64,000 bases of DNA. Source: a virus (taxonomy: Duplodnaviria > Heunggongvirae > Uroviricota > Caudoviricetes). The DNA lies in the IMG/VR virus record IMGVR_UViG_3300025015_000009, positions 254,014 to 318,013 of that record; one strand, 5' to 3'. Position numbers and translations under genes: made by a program. Position 1 is the first letter of the stretch; every line of letters starts with the position of its first letter. The notes beneath the pieces were generated by a model. It was not told where the DNA came from. It did not search any database and was given only the letters and a program-made list of their open reading frames with translations. This document shows, piece after piece, positions 36,578 to 44,735 of the stretch.

Positions 36578-36829
36578 TTACGATAGTAATCTCCGCAATG
36601 ACGCGATACTACCAGGTTGCTGGTCATCGTCGATGAATCGGGATAACCATGGAATTAGGTACGAGTCAATTTGACCAACCCCTGTTCCTCCTCGTGAGTT
36701 TCGATTACTTCTTGATAGTCGACGAGCTGCATCTATTGCTGATTGAATGTGCTCTTCGATCTCATTTAGTTGATCATCTGGACTGTTGTAGTCTTGATTG
36801 TCGTCGGTTGTTATTTCGTTTATATGCAT
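36578..36829 (-). CDS. probable internal head protein
   Basis: Start MHINEI; 83 aa. Confidence 0.55.
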   Translation of the reverse strand: MHINEITTDDNQDYNSPDDQLNEIEEHIQSAIDAARRLSRSNRNSRGGTGVGQIDSYLIPWLSRFIDDDQQPGSIASLRRLLS

Positions 36830-36840
36830 CGAAGTTCTCC

Positions 36841-38535
36841 TTAGTTAGTTGACATCTTTGCAAGTAACTCTTTCATCTTTGCTTGAATCGACGGGTCTTT
36901 CATCTTTTTGTCTAAGTCAACTTGGTTATCAGCTGGTAACACCTTAGATAAGTCGGGATCTTTAATGCCCGCAGTATTGGTCGTAGGTATAACAGGTGCA
37001 ACCGGATTTGTGGTTGCCGGTGTCGTTGCCTTTACTGGATCTGAATCAGGCAACGCAACTGCCGCCTGTGGCTTCGCCTTTTGCATTGGGGTTGCGGCTG
37101 TAGGGATAGTTTTCGCCCCAGGGGCGGTTTCGCTACCGTACTCTTTTAACGTAGTAGCTTTTATACGAGACGCCGATTCGTATGTACTAACCAATGACGT
37201 ATACTCTTCTGGTGTTAAGTTGTTAGCCTTAACCCAATTAGCCAACTGTTCCTTGCTAACCTTGTTTTGGGAGACCATATTCTTGATCATCTTCATTGGG
37301 AGTGATCCTGTCTCGAAGTCATTCAGTTCGCGGATTTTCCTCCATGGATCTGGGTACCCTCCGAGGTAAACAATAGTGCGAGAGCCGTTCTTCATGCTGT
37401 CAACCGCCCAGACTCCTTCGACAGATGGATCAGGGTGAATATTACATTCTTGTGGGAATCCCGCCTGCTTAACCCACTCTGGCGATATCTCTCCTGAATC
37501 AGGAGAGAAAAACTTTATAATACCTTGTTTTGTGTCTGGGTATATAGTATTAACATATGAGGCTTTCCCTTCGGTAACTGGTGCTGCCTTGCGAACTAGT
37601 TTATTTGTAGCAGTCTTAATCCCGCCTGCACGTTTTGCTGCTACTCGGTCCGCTTGTTCTTCATCCTCTTCATACCCGTGCTGAAACGCCGCCGCAGCTA
37701 GTTCATCTGTTGCTTTGTTTGCATACGACCCCAGTGTCTTCGGAGACAGTTCGTTTAATCTATAGGCGGTTTCCTTGACTTGTTTCTTCGAGTATACGCT
37801 GCCAACTTCACCGTCCCACTCGCCGATCGCTTTTGTTTTTCCTCGAATGTACGGTTTTGGGCCAATCATTGCCTGCCCGATGTCCTTGTCTCCGTCGAAC
37901 CATACTTCTGCGTTTGCTTTTTTACATGCTGCTTTCCACGCAGCGTATGACGAATATTCCTTATCCCCAAGATGATTCGCAGACTCTGACACGCTGCCCT
38001 TAGGTACTTGCACTAGTTGGAAATGTGCTGGTGTTTCTCTATTAGGTTTCTCTGTTCCGAAAATACGAACTAGCTCGCCGTTGGCTCTTTTCCACGCCCA
38101 CACAAGAACATCTTTAATACCAACGGGATGTGCTGCTTGAATACCAGCTTCCATATCACGCCGCGCATCACGTTCACCGTATGCTTCTTCTAACGGAAAC
38201 CAGTTGTCGATGGCTGGGTCGTTGTCGCTTACTAGTTGCAGCTTGCTGGGGTATATATACCATCCTCGGTCTTGCTTGTCCTCAATTCTGACTTTATGGT
38301 TGCCTGGATCACCCTTCATCTTAAAGATTTCATTGCCGTCGTCGATAACCCGGACATAACATCCATCGTATAATTCATCGTCTTGGTAGTCGTTGTATTC
38401 ATCTTCGGCAATAAATGCTTTGAATTCTTTCTCCAATGACTCAGCAAAGGTATCTATTTTAGTGCTGGTACGCTGCACGACAGTTGTAACTCCGTCTATG
38501 CTCTCGATTAGTTTCTTCATTTGTGTTGTTGACAT
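36841..38535 (-). CDS. probable internal head polyprotein
   Basis: MKKLIES start; repeated (V/L/I)xE sites; LNELSPKTLGSY.NKA module. Confidence 0.6.
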   Translation of the reverse strand: MSTTQMKKLIESIDGVTTVVQRTSTKIDTFAESLEKEFKAFIAEDEYNDYQDDELYDGCYVRVIDDGNEIFKMKGDPGNHKVRIEDKQDRGWYIYPSKLQLVSDNDPAIDNWFPLEEAYGERDARRDMEAGIQAAHPVGIKDVLVWAWKRANGELVRIFGTEKPNRETPAHFQLVQVPKGSVSESANHLGDKEYSSYAAWKAACKKANAEVWFDGDKDIGQAMIGPKPYIRGKTKAIGEWDGEVGSVYSKKQVKETAYRLNELSPKTLGSYANKATDELAAAAFQHGYEEDEEQADRVAAKRAGGIKTATNKLVRKAAPVTEGKASYVNTIYPDTKQGIIKFFSPDSGEISPEWVKQAGFPQECNIHPDPSVEGVWAVDSMKNGSRTIVYLGGYPDPWRKIRELNDFETGSLPMKMIKNMVSQNKVSKEQLANWVKANNLTPEEYTSLVSTYESASRIKATTLKEYGSETAPGAKTIPTAATPMQKAKPQAAVALPDSDPVKATTPATTNPVAPVIPTTNTAGIKDPDLSKVLPADNQVDLDKKMKDPSIQAKMKELLAKMSTN

Positions 38536-38539
38536 TACA

Positions 38540-40300
38540 TTATCTCCATGGATTTGTTTCTTCTGATTCAGCAGTGTTGTAGTGGATGTCCCACATGGCT
38601 GCTAGGTACTCGAAGTAGTCAGTATACCCCAACAGCCTTGTTGTTTGGTCAAGCAACGATATAATATCGTCTATATCTGTTATATGTAGTTCGTTACGAA
38701 TATACGGAGCCATAACATCTATCGGGTCTGATTCTGGAGAATTAGACATTACTCGATTAGTGACACGTTCTAATTTTGCTGCAAGGCGTTTAAGTAAGTC
38801 AGGCGTTACGTTTGCTGTAGTCTGCGAGTCTTCTTTAATCGTATTGTATGCTGACCGTAAAGCTGTGAATTTAGCTTGAGCACTAGATTCGGCAACTGGT
38901 TTGCTTTTATTTCTTTTTATCGGTTTTGTGAATAGTGGTGTCGCTGGACCGGCCGCGATTGATCCCGAGCAAGTCCCTCCGTCTGATTCTTTTACCACAC
39001 CTTTGCATTTAGCAATAATAGCATCAAGTTCTGCATCAGTCGGCATAGTAAAATCCACTATCTTTAAGCCTCGGGGCGGCTGGTACCCTGGTCTGTGGTT
39101 CCAGGCGTTGCTATAATAGTTAATAATTGCGTCACTGACTTGCTCGATCGCGCCAGCGACTTCATCGTACGGCTGATAGCGACGGTTATTCCGTCTAATA
39201 GCTCTATACATAGAGTCAAACTCGTCTACCCAGAACTGATCACTTTCGCGAGCAAGATGTGTTGCGTCTTCTGCATCAAAAATTGGCGCCAACTGCTTCA
39301 TTTTTGCAATAACATACGCATAGACAATCTGTTGCATCTGACCAAAGCTAACTACACCAGACGATTCTTCTAAATTAGACTCTGGACGATTTGCATATTT
39401 GCCTGATTCTTTTTTCTTCTTAGCTGCGTCAGATGCCTTCTTAGCCCGCTCGTCAGATGCCTTTCTTAGTTCTGCTTGTTTTGCTTTTGGTAATTTCTCG
39501 AAAGCCAATGTTCCGATAGCAGGGTTTTTCCCTTCTGACACCGAGTTAACTGCGGTCTTTTCTTTCTTTGCTATATTCTTAATAAGAAATGCAATCGATC
39601 CTCGTGCATCTTTTCTGAGTGCTTCGGGCGGGTACCATTCTTCTGTCTTAGTATGAAGGTTCATACCAGTAAATCCTTTTTCACCGACTCGTGTTAGTTT
39701 AAACGGATGTTCACTATGGCTATTTGGTTGAGATGCAAACAGGATGTCGCCTTTGTTAATACCCAGTTTATCAGCCAACAGTTGCAGCTTAGACTTCGGG
39801 ATACCGCCTTGGGCACTAATTGGGTTAAATTTAATTCTACCACTGGATTTAAATACGTTATCGTCTTCATCCTCATTGACCTTATCACTGCGGAGTCGCC
39901 ATCTTCCTGCCCTACTACCTACTGCTTTGAGCGAAGTCTTGAGTTTCTCCCTGGCTAGTTTTTGTTGATCTGCTGTGCCAGTCTTAGTGTTGTTCAGTCG
40001 ATTCTTAATCAACGAAATTGCAGTGTCGTCTGAAACCTCGTTTACTCCTTTTTTGTTGCTACGTGAATTTGCAGTTTGAACAGGATGCAATACAGTATTC
40101 AATGCCGCTTTTCCTGCTTTCTTAACAGCGTTAATAGGAGTCGATATTACATCTTTAACTCCTGCTACTGTATCTTTAGCAATCTTTTTTCCAATCGAAG
40201 AATATGAAGCGCCTGGCTCGTCTAAGTCCATTGCATCAACCGCTTTACGGACAATACCTTCGTTTGTTTTGTTATTTTTGGATAAATTTGCTGCTTTCAT
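38540..40300 (-). CDS. probable internal head polyprotein
   Basis: Repeated TNEG, VNEV, VNED, VSEG, LEES, VKES, VAES, IKED sites separating unrelated segments. Confidence 0.6.
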   Translation of the reverse strand: MKAANLSKNNKTNEGIVRKAVDAMDLDEPGASYSSIGKKIAKDTVAGVKDVISTPINAVKKAGKAALNTVLHPVQTANSRSNKKGVNEVSDDTAISLIKNRLNNTKTGTADQQKLAREKLKTSLKAVGSRAGRWRLRSDKVNEDEDDNVFKSSGRIKFNPISAQGGIPKSKLQLLADKLGINKGDILFASQPNSHSEHPFKLTRVGEKGFTGMNLHTKTEEWYPPEALRKDARGSIAFLIKNIAKKEKTAVNSVSEGKNPAIGTLAFEKLPKAKQAELRKASDERAKKASDAAKKKKESGKYANRPESNLEESSGVVSFGQMQQIVYAYVIAKMKQLAPIFDAEDATHLARESDQFWVDEFDSMYRAIRRNNRRYQPYDEVAGAIEQVSDAIINYYSNAWNHRPGYQPPRGLKIVDFTMPTDAELDAIIAKCKGVVKESDGGTCSGSIAAGPATPLFTKPIKRNKSKPVAESSAQAKFTALRSAYNTIKEDSQTTANVTPDLLKRLAAKLERVTNRVMSNSPESDPIDVMAPYIRNELHITDIDDIISLLDQTTRLLGYTDYFEYLAAMWDIHYNTAESEETNPWR

Positions 40301-40324
40301 AATGGAATTTCCTCGTTAATATAT

Positions 40325-40600
40325 TTATTCTTTTAAGAACGAAGAACCATCGATCTTAGTGTTGTCAACTGTTATTGTTTCTATTTTAAATGCATTCGGT
40401 GCTTGATCTGAGCGAAGCGTTATAGTATGCATCCCTGCTTCTATGTCTACTATTATACTTTCTTGTACGTAGTCAGTTGCGGGGTTCCATACCGTTTGTC
40501 GTTGTATCATTAGTTCGTTGTCAACGTATAGCTGGTAAGATGTCCATGGATCTATATCAAGTTTAGTACATTCTATGTCAACAACGATGTTTGTTATCAT
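40325..40600 (-). CDS. small beta-rich hypothetical protein
   Basis: YQLYVDNEL..R..W...G.HTITL. Confidence 0.6.
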   Translation of the reverse strand: MITNIVVDIECTKLDIDPWTSYQLYVDNELMIQRQTVWNPATDYVQESIIVDIEAGMHTITLRSDQAPNAFKIETITVDNTKIDGSSFLKE

Positions 40601-40607
40601 TCTGATA

Positions 40608-42107
40608 CTACTTGAATGCTCGAGAGTTAGATCCGCCTTTGCGACGAATCTTCTCTAGCTCGTTATGTGCCAGCACAATCTCATTTGCAATCTGTTGGAT
40701 ATTACTTCCAGGTTTTAACAGAGTAGCGGCGTGATTCCAGATTAAATCGTAGTCGATGCTACCTGGCTCTATGCTCTTATCTAACTCGTTGCTTAACTCT
40801 CGGAGTCTTTTGGCTAAACTTTGTTTCCATCCTCTGAGTGTCATGCGACCCATACCCGCCTCAGGTGCAAACTCAGAATTAAACGGATCTTCTTTATTAA
40901 ACGAGTGCAGAGACTCGGTTACGTGTTGGGTGAGTTTTGGATCTATGGTTAGTTCCCAACCAGATGGAATAGATAACGACAATACGGTTAACGCGTCCTT
41001 AGCGTCGTTACCAGTGGCGAAGTACATAGCATAGTCAACCGGTTTACCTTCGTATGTTGCTGGGGTTGATCTCGGGTATCTATCTCCGTCTATGAACATG
41101 ATGTAGTCGATCTCACCGTTTGTTGTTTTAATTTCTGTTACTTCTTTCGGAGTAGCAAATCCGTAGATAAACGCTTCTTTCCAGGCAAAAGCGACATCAG
41201 CATGTAACACAGATAACAAGTCCCCTACGTTGATTTTGTGTGCTGAACTCAGTCCAAGTCGACACATGTTGTCGATAAACGGCTTTATTTCCCTGTGCTC
41301 GTCTTGCTCGTTTATCATCTTTTTAACACCGGTGGTTAAATGTATCGAATGAGCAGGACTGTAAGACTCTGTTGTAATAGAGGAGGCATATGCTTTGTAT
41401 TTCGACTTAAAGTACGGTAGTACCTCTTCGGCTGATATATCATTGGTTCTAAACTCGAGTGCTGCATTACCTACGTTGCCTTCAGTAATAGATGCTAGTT
41501 TACTTGCTATCAAGTTGAATGCTGATTGATCAAATTTACCATATAAATCCGTGAATATTTTGATACGAGTTTTATTATCTCCATTGATAAACATGTTGCG
41601 GATTTCGGATGCGCTTTGAACTGGTTTACCCAATACATCAAATTGAAAGGTAGGAGTTGTTAGGAGATACCCGTGTTCACTTGCTGGTCTGCATTTGTCT
41701 ATACTAACGAACGGTTGAAAATATGTAGGTGATCCATCTTTCTTTGTTCCGAACTTAAAGCGTGGATCTTCGGCCATGTCTTTCTCTGAGATAGCAAAGA
41801 TAACAACGATGTTACTGGTATCAAATTGAGATAATAACTCTGGTGCACGGTATGGCTGAGAGGATTGAACTACACGATTTTTCGGTATACCAGTAAGTCC
41901 AATCAGTTGTGACTTCTCAGCAAAATTAAATGGACTCTTCGGGAGTTCTACTTTATCGCTGGTTACCACATAAGTGTTGTTTGCCCCGAACTTTTTTACA
42001 AGAAAGTTATACACCGCTTTGTGGCCAAGATGGGGTAACTGAAATCTCCCGGGATAGCATACGAGTACTTGTCTTTGTGTATCTTCGAATAAATCTGATA
42101 TAAACAT
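40608..42107 (-). CDS. HxGH nucleotidyltransferase (cytidylyltransferase-like) with C-terminal extra domains
   Basis: YPGRFQLPHLGH, SPF.F.EK, SASEIR; start MFISDLFE; internal ITEG/INEQ/VTES sites. Confidence 0.75.
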   Translation of the reverse strand: MFISDLFEDTQRQVLVCYPGRFQLPHLGHKAVYNFLVKKFGANNTYVVTSDKVELPKSPFNFAEKSQLIGLTGIPKNRVVQSSQPYRAPELLSQFDTSNIVVIFAISEKDMAEDPRFKFGTKKDGSPTYFQPFVSIDKCRPASEHGYLLTTPTFQFDVLGKPVQSASEIRNMFINGDNKTRIKIFTDLYGKFDQSAFNLIASKLASITEGNVGNAALEFRTNDISAEEVLPYFKSKYKAYASSITTESYSPAHSIHLTTGVKKMINEQDEHREIKPFIDNMCRLGLSSAHKINVGDLLSVLHADVAFAWKEAFIYGFATPKEVTEIKTTNGEIDYIMFIDGDRYPRSTPATYEGKPVDYAMYFATGNDAKDALTVLSLSIPSGWELTIDPKLTQHVTESLHSFNKEDPFNSEFAPEAGMGRMTLRGWKQSLAKRLRELSNELDKSIEPGSIDYDLIWNHAATLLKPGSNIQQIANEIVLAHNELEKIRRKGGSNSRAFK

Positions 42108-42108
42108 G

Positions 42109-42549
42109 CTATCCCCTTACTGTTACACTAATATGCCAGTGTGCGTACTTTATGTGAAGTACTGTTAACCATTGCTCTTTTTCTTGCTCGTTATCAAACA
42201 GTAAAGTCGCAAGTAGGCCATCTCCTACACCTCGGCCCTTAAAAGGAAAACGAACGGTACCTTTGTTACAGCGGAAACTCAGGCTTTGGTTCTTGTCGTC
42301 GACTAACTCTGCTGACTCTTGCAGTGTCGACACTGATATGAAATCACCGACGGGTATTCCTAATATGTGAACAGGAGAGTAGAACATACCTATTGTCGGA
42401 ACAGGATTACGATGTAAGTCAATGAACTGCTTAAACTCTTTGTAGTTTGCAGAATCTTCAAACAAATGTGGTGATAGACGCAAGAACGCACGAACTTCTA
42501 ATAACGATTCTTCGTATACATCGATTGTAGCAAACTCGATTACTCTCAT
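42109..42549 (-). CDS. hypothetical protein, probable head cargo
   Basis: Start MRVIEF; resembles an internal domain of the 40608 ORF. Confidence 0.6.
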   Translation of the reverse strand: MRVIEFATIDVYEESLLEVRAFLRLSPHLFEDSANYKEFKQFIDLHRNPVPTIGMFYSPVHILGIPVGDFISVSTLQESAELVDDKNQSLSFRCNKGTVRFPFKGRGVGDGLLATLLFDNEQEKEQWLTVLHIKYAHWHISVTVRG

Positions 42550-42930
42550 TTAGTCCTTATTCTTCTTAAACACATTAATAATAGGCGTTATCTTATTTAT
42601 TACAATATTCTTAATGTTAATACCGATACCAGCAATAGTAAAACTCTTGTACCAGGCTAATACGTCGATAACTGCTTCGCCGAAGAATGCAGTCACAGTT
42701 CGTCTGTCTTCCCATTCTTTACCTTTGTATCTAATTTTTACGATAATCTCGTAATGTTGAGGAGTGTAAACATACGGAACAGAGCCGGTGCCACCGAATG
42801 TTTCTCTGCCTGGGGGAATAATCGGGGCAACAATAACTTCAACGTCGAACCCGAATCCCATAGTTGCGAAGTTAAAGGTAGTAAACCCTGGCCCGACTCC
42901 ATTGGTTGCTATTTGGAATGGATCTATCAT
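42550..42930 (-). CDS. hypothetical virion-associated protein
   Basis: 126 aa, IAT.G motifs, within the late block. Confidence 0.55.
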   Translation of the reverse strand: MIDPFQIATNGVGPGFTTFNFATMGFGFDVEVIVAPIIPPGRETFGGTGSVPYVYTPQHYEIIVKIRYKGKEWEDRRTVTAFFGEAVIDVLAWYKSFTIAGIGINIKNIVINKITPIINVFKKNKD

Positions 42931-42932
42931 AC

Positions 42933-43646
42933 TTAGATCCTAGTAACTGTTGTGCTGTTGCTGTCGCCTGATATGGTCTGGCTGATAGAGCCTGCTGTTC
43001 TTGCAGTTTTGGTAACCAATAGTGGTTTCGTTGGATCAAGCCCAAGCAACTCATACATCTCTAGTAACATAGTCGATTGAGTGGGTGTTAGTCCGGCTGT
43101 CGGAACAAAGCTCCAACCGAACCCGTCTGAGTGAGCTGATCCGTCAGCGGCATCTTCTGAAGTACACGCTCCTTCTAGAACCCCAGGGACTGCCGCTGCG
43201 GAGCAGGTGGCAATTCGTAAGATTAACGAGTTGTTCACGGTTGTTGTTAGGTTTGGCATCACGGTTCTACCCGCCGCACTGTTGCTAGTAATGTACCCCG
43301 CGCCAGCCCCGCCAGTTCCGTTGAACGGAGTGGCAGTGTTGATGTCTCCGACTGCAACTAAGTGACAGTTATAGGTTTCTGTATCAGTAGAAGTAAACGT
43401 CGGGTTTGTTTCGGCTGCACCTGCTATCTTGTACAGAACGGTCAAATGGACAGTATTTGTTGCCAAGAATAACACCGTCCAACCAGTATTTAATCCTGCG
43501 GTGAAGCCACCGGATGCGTCGTATGTATCTGCTGATATTATCGCGACCAATAAATCGTTCTGTACGTGCAACGGTAACGTACATGCAATAGTTGTTCCTG
43601 TTGTTAACGTGGTGTACGCAAAAGTCCAGTCTCTGATAAACGGCAT
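42933..43646 (-). CDS. putative virion structural protein
   Basis: Thr/Gly-rich beta segments; C-terminal LGLDPTKPL. Confidence 0.6.
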   Translation of the reverse strand: MPFIRDWTFAYTTLTTGTTIACTLPLHVQNDLLVAIISADTYDASGGFTAGLNTGWTVLFLATNTVHLTVLYKIAGAAETNPTFTSTDTETYNCHLVAVGDINTATPFNGTGGAGAGYITSNSAAGRTVMPNLTTTVNNSLILRIATCSAAAVPGVLEGACTSEDAADGSAHSDGFGWSFVPTAGLTPTQSTMLLEMYELLGLDPTKPLLVTKTARTAGSISQTISGDSNSTTVTRI

Positions 43647-43654
43647 ATATGTTC

Positions 43655-44032
43655 TTATGCCAGTACTTCGGCAACTCTTTCATTTAGAATTACACTAGTC
43701 ATCGCCAGGTACCCAACTAACATCATTGTACGTTGGTCTGTTACGTCAACGTACTCGGCCATTTGAATCAGTGTAACTGCGTCTTTTAATATGGGATCGG
43801 CCGACGATTGTATTGCAATTCGTTCAGCAGTAGTAAATCTACTCATAAAATCGAGCTTAGTTAGTATCGGATTGTTTCGAATTAACTCTAGATTCTCAAA
43901 ATCCCACATACACTTGTTTAAGTCGGGAACGTCCCCTGGAAACTCGATCACTGATACTCCTGGTAATGCTACCCATGCAAACGGAGTTACTCCGATAAAG
44001 TTACTGTCGTTGTGGTATACATAGTACGTCAT
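43655..44032 (-). CDS. tail-associated hypothetical protein
   Basis: TKLDF..RFT.AERIAI..A.YVD..D...R.AEVL. Confidence 0.6.
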   Translation of the reverse strand: MTYYVYHNDSNFIGVTPFAWVALPGVSVIEFPGDVPDLNKCMWDFENLELIRNNPILTKLDFMSRFTTAERIAIQSSADPILKDAVTLIQMAEYVDVTDQRTMMLVGYLAMTSVILNERVAEVLA

Positions 44033-44051
44033 TTGGTGCCCTCTGTAGTAT

Positions 44052-44516
44052 TTACCATTGGCTTTTCAGCGTAGTTATCCATCTGTCGAGATCCCCCGGT
44101 GCTGGTGCCTCGTCGGTTCTTGACCACGGAGTTATATATCCACATGCGATTAGATCGTTGTTGCACATCTCAGAGCAGATGATTCCGTGTTTATTGACTG
44201 TTGATTTTCCGAATAAGTGATAGATCGGCCGTAGTGCAAATAATATATAATCAACAAACCCGTAATACGAATTGTCGGTGTCTAGTGCTCGTTCTAAGTA
44301 ATGACTTGTAACAAACGGGAAATCGTGCAGTATGTACTCGATCCCTTCTTGTTGTTTTGCCGACCATAGGCGACGACGACGGATCAACGACATGTCATAT
44401 AACCTGTCGTTTTCTTCGTCTACCCAGGCAACATGGTATGCATATGAGTCGGTGAAGAACTTTGTTAGTTTTCCAAGGAATCTTTTTTGATCAAAAAAGA
44501 TTACGAGCTTTGCCAT
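44052..44516 (-). CDS. permuted papain-like (NlpC/P60) amidase
   Basis: His (AYHVAW) precedes Cys (ICSE); YG..DY; P.PGDL. Confidence 0.65.
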   Translation of the reverse strand: MAKLVIFFDQKRFLGKLTKFFTDSYAYHVAWVDEENDRLYDMSLIRRRRLWSAKQQEGIEYILHDFPFVTSHYLERALDTDNSYYGFVDYILFALRPIYHLFGKSTVNKHGIICSEMCNNDLIACGYITPWSRTDEAPAPGDLDRWITTLKSQW

Positions 44517-44677
44517 TATTGTACCACTTCAACAACAACAGAATCTGTTACGAGTTCCTGGATTACTTGTTCGATTGTCCCGATTAGCTCTGGGGTAACC
44601 AGGTCTGGAGTAGCAACCCCCTCTTTAATAAGCCTGCTTAACTTGATAACAATTACTTCTTCTTGTAAAATCGCCAT
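44516..44677 (-). CDS. small protein (53 aa, not in ORF track)
   Basis: MAILQEEVIVIKLSRLIK...VVVEVVQ; AGGAG RBS; TAATG overlap with the next gene. Confidence 0.7.
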   Translation of the reverse strand: MAILQEEVIVIKLSRLIKEGVATPDLVTPELIGTIEQVIQELVTDSVVVEVVQ

Positions 44678-44715
44678 AAAAAAACTCCTGTTATGTATTT
44701 ATAACAGGAGTTTTT
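44678..44715 (-). terminator. perfect hairpin: terminator that also contains a late promoter and the next RBS
   Basis: AAAAACTCCTGTTAT-AAATAC-ATAACAGGAGTTTTTT; TATAAATA at the loop, AGGAG in the stem. Confidence 0.7.
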
Positions 44716-44735
44716 AAACTAAGTAAAACTCTGGG

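Noticed and set aside
42933-43646. Possible in-frame deletion fusing the two ends of a longer structural gene at 'AGLTPTQ'
   Set aside because: The abrupt change in composition is suggestive but cannot be supported without homolog alignments.
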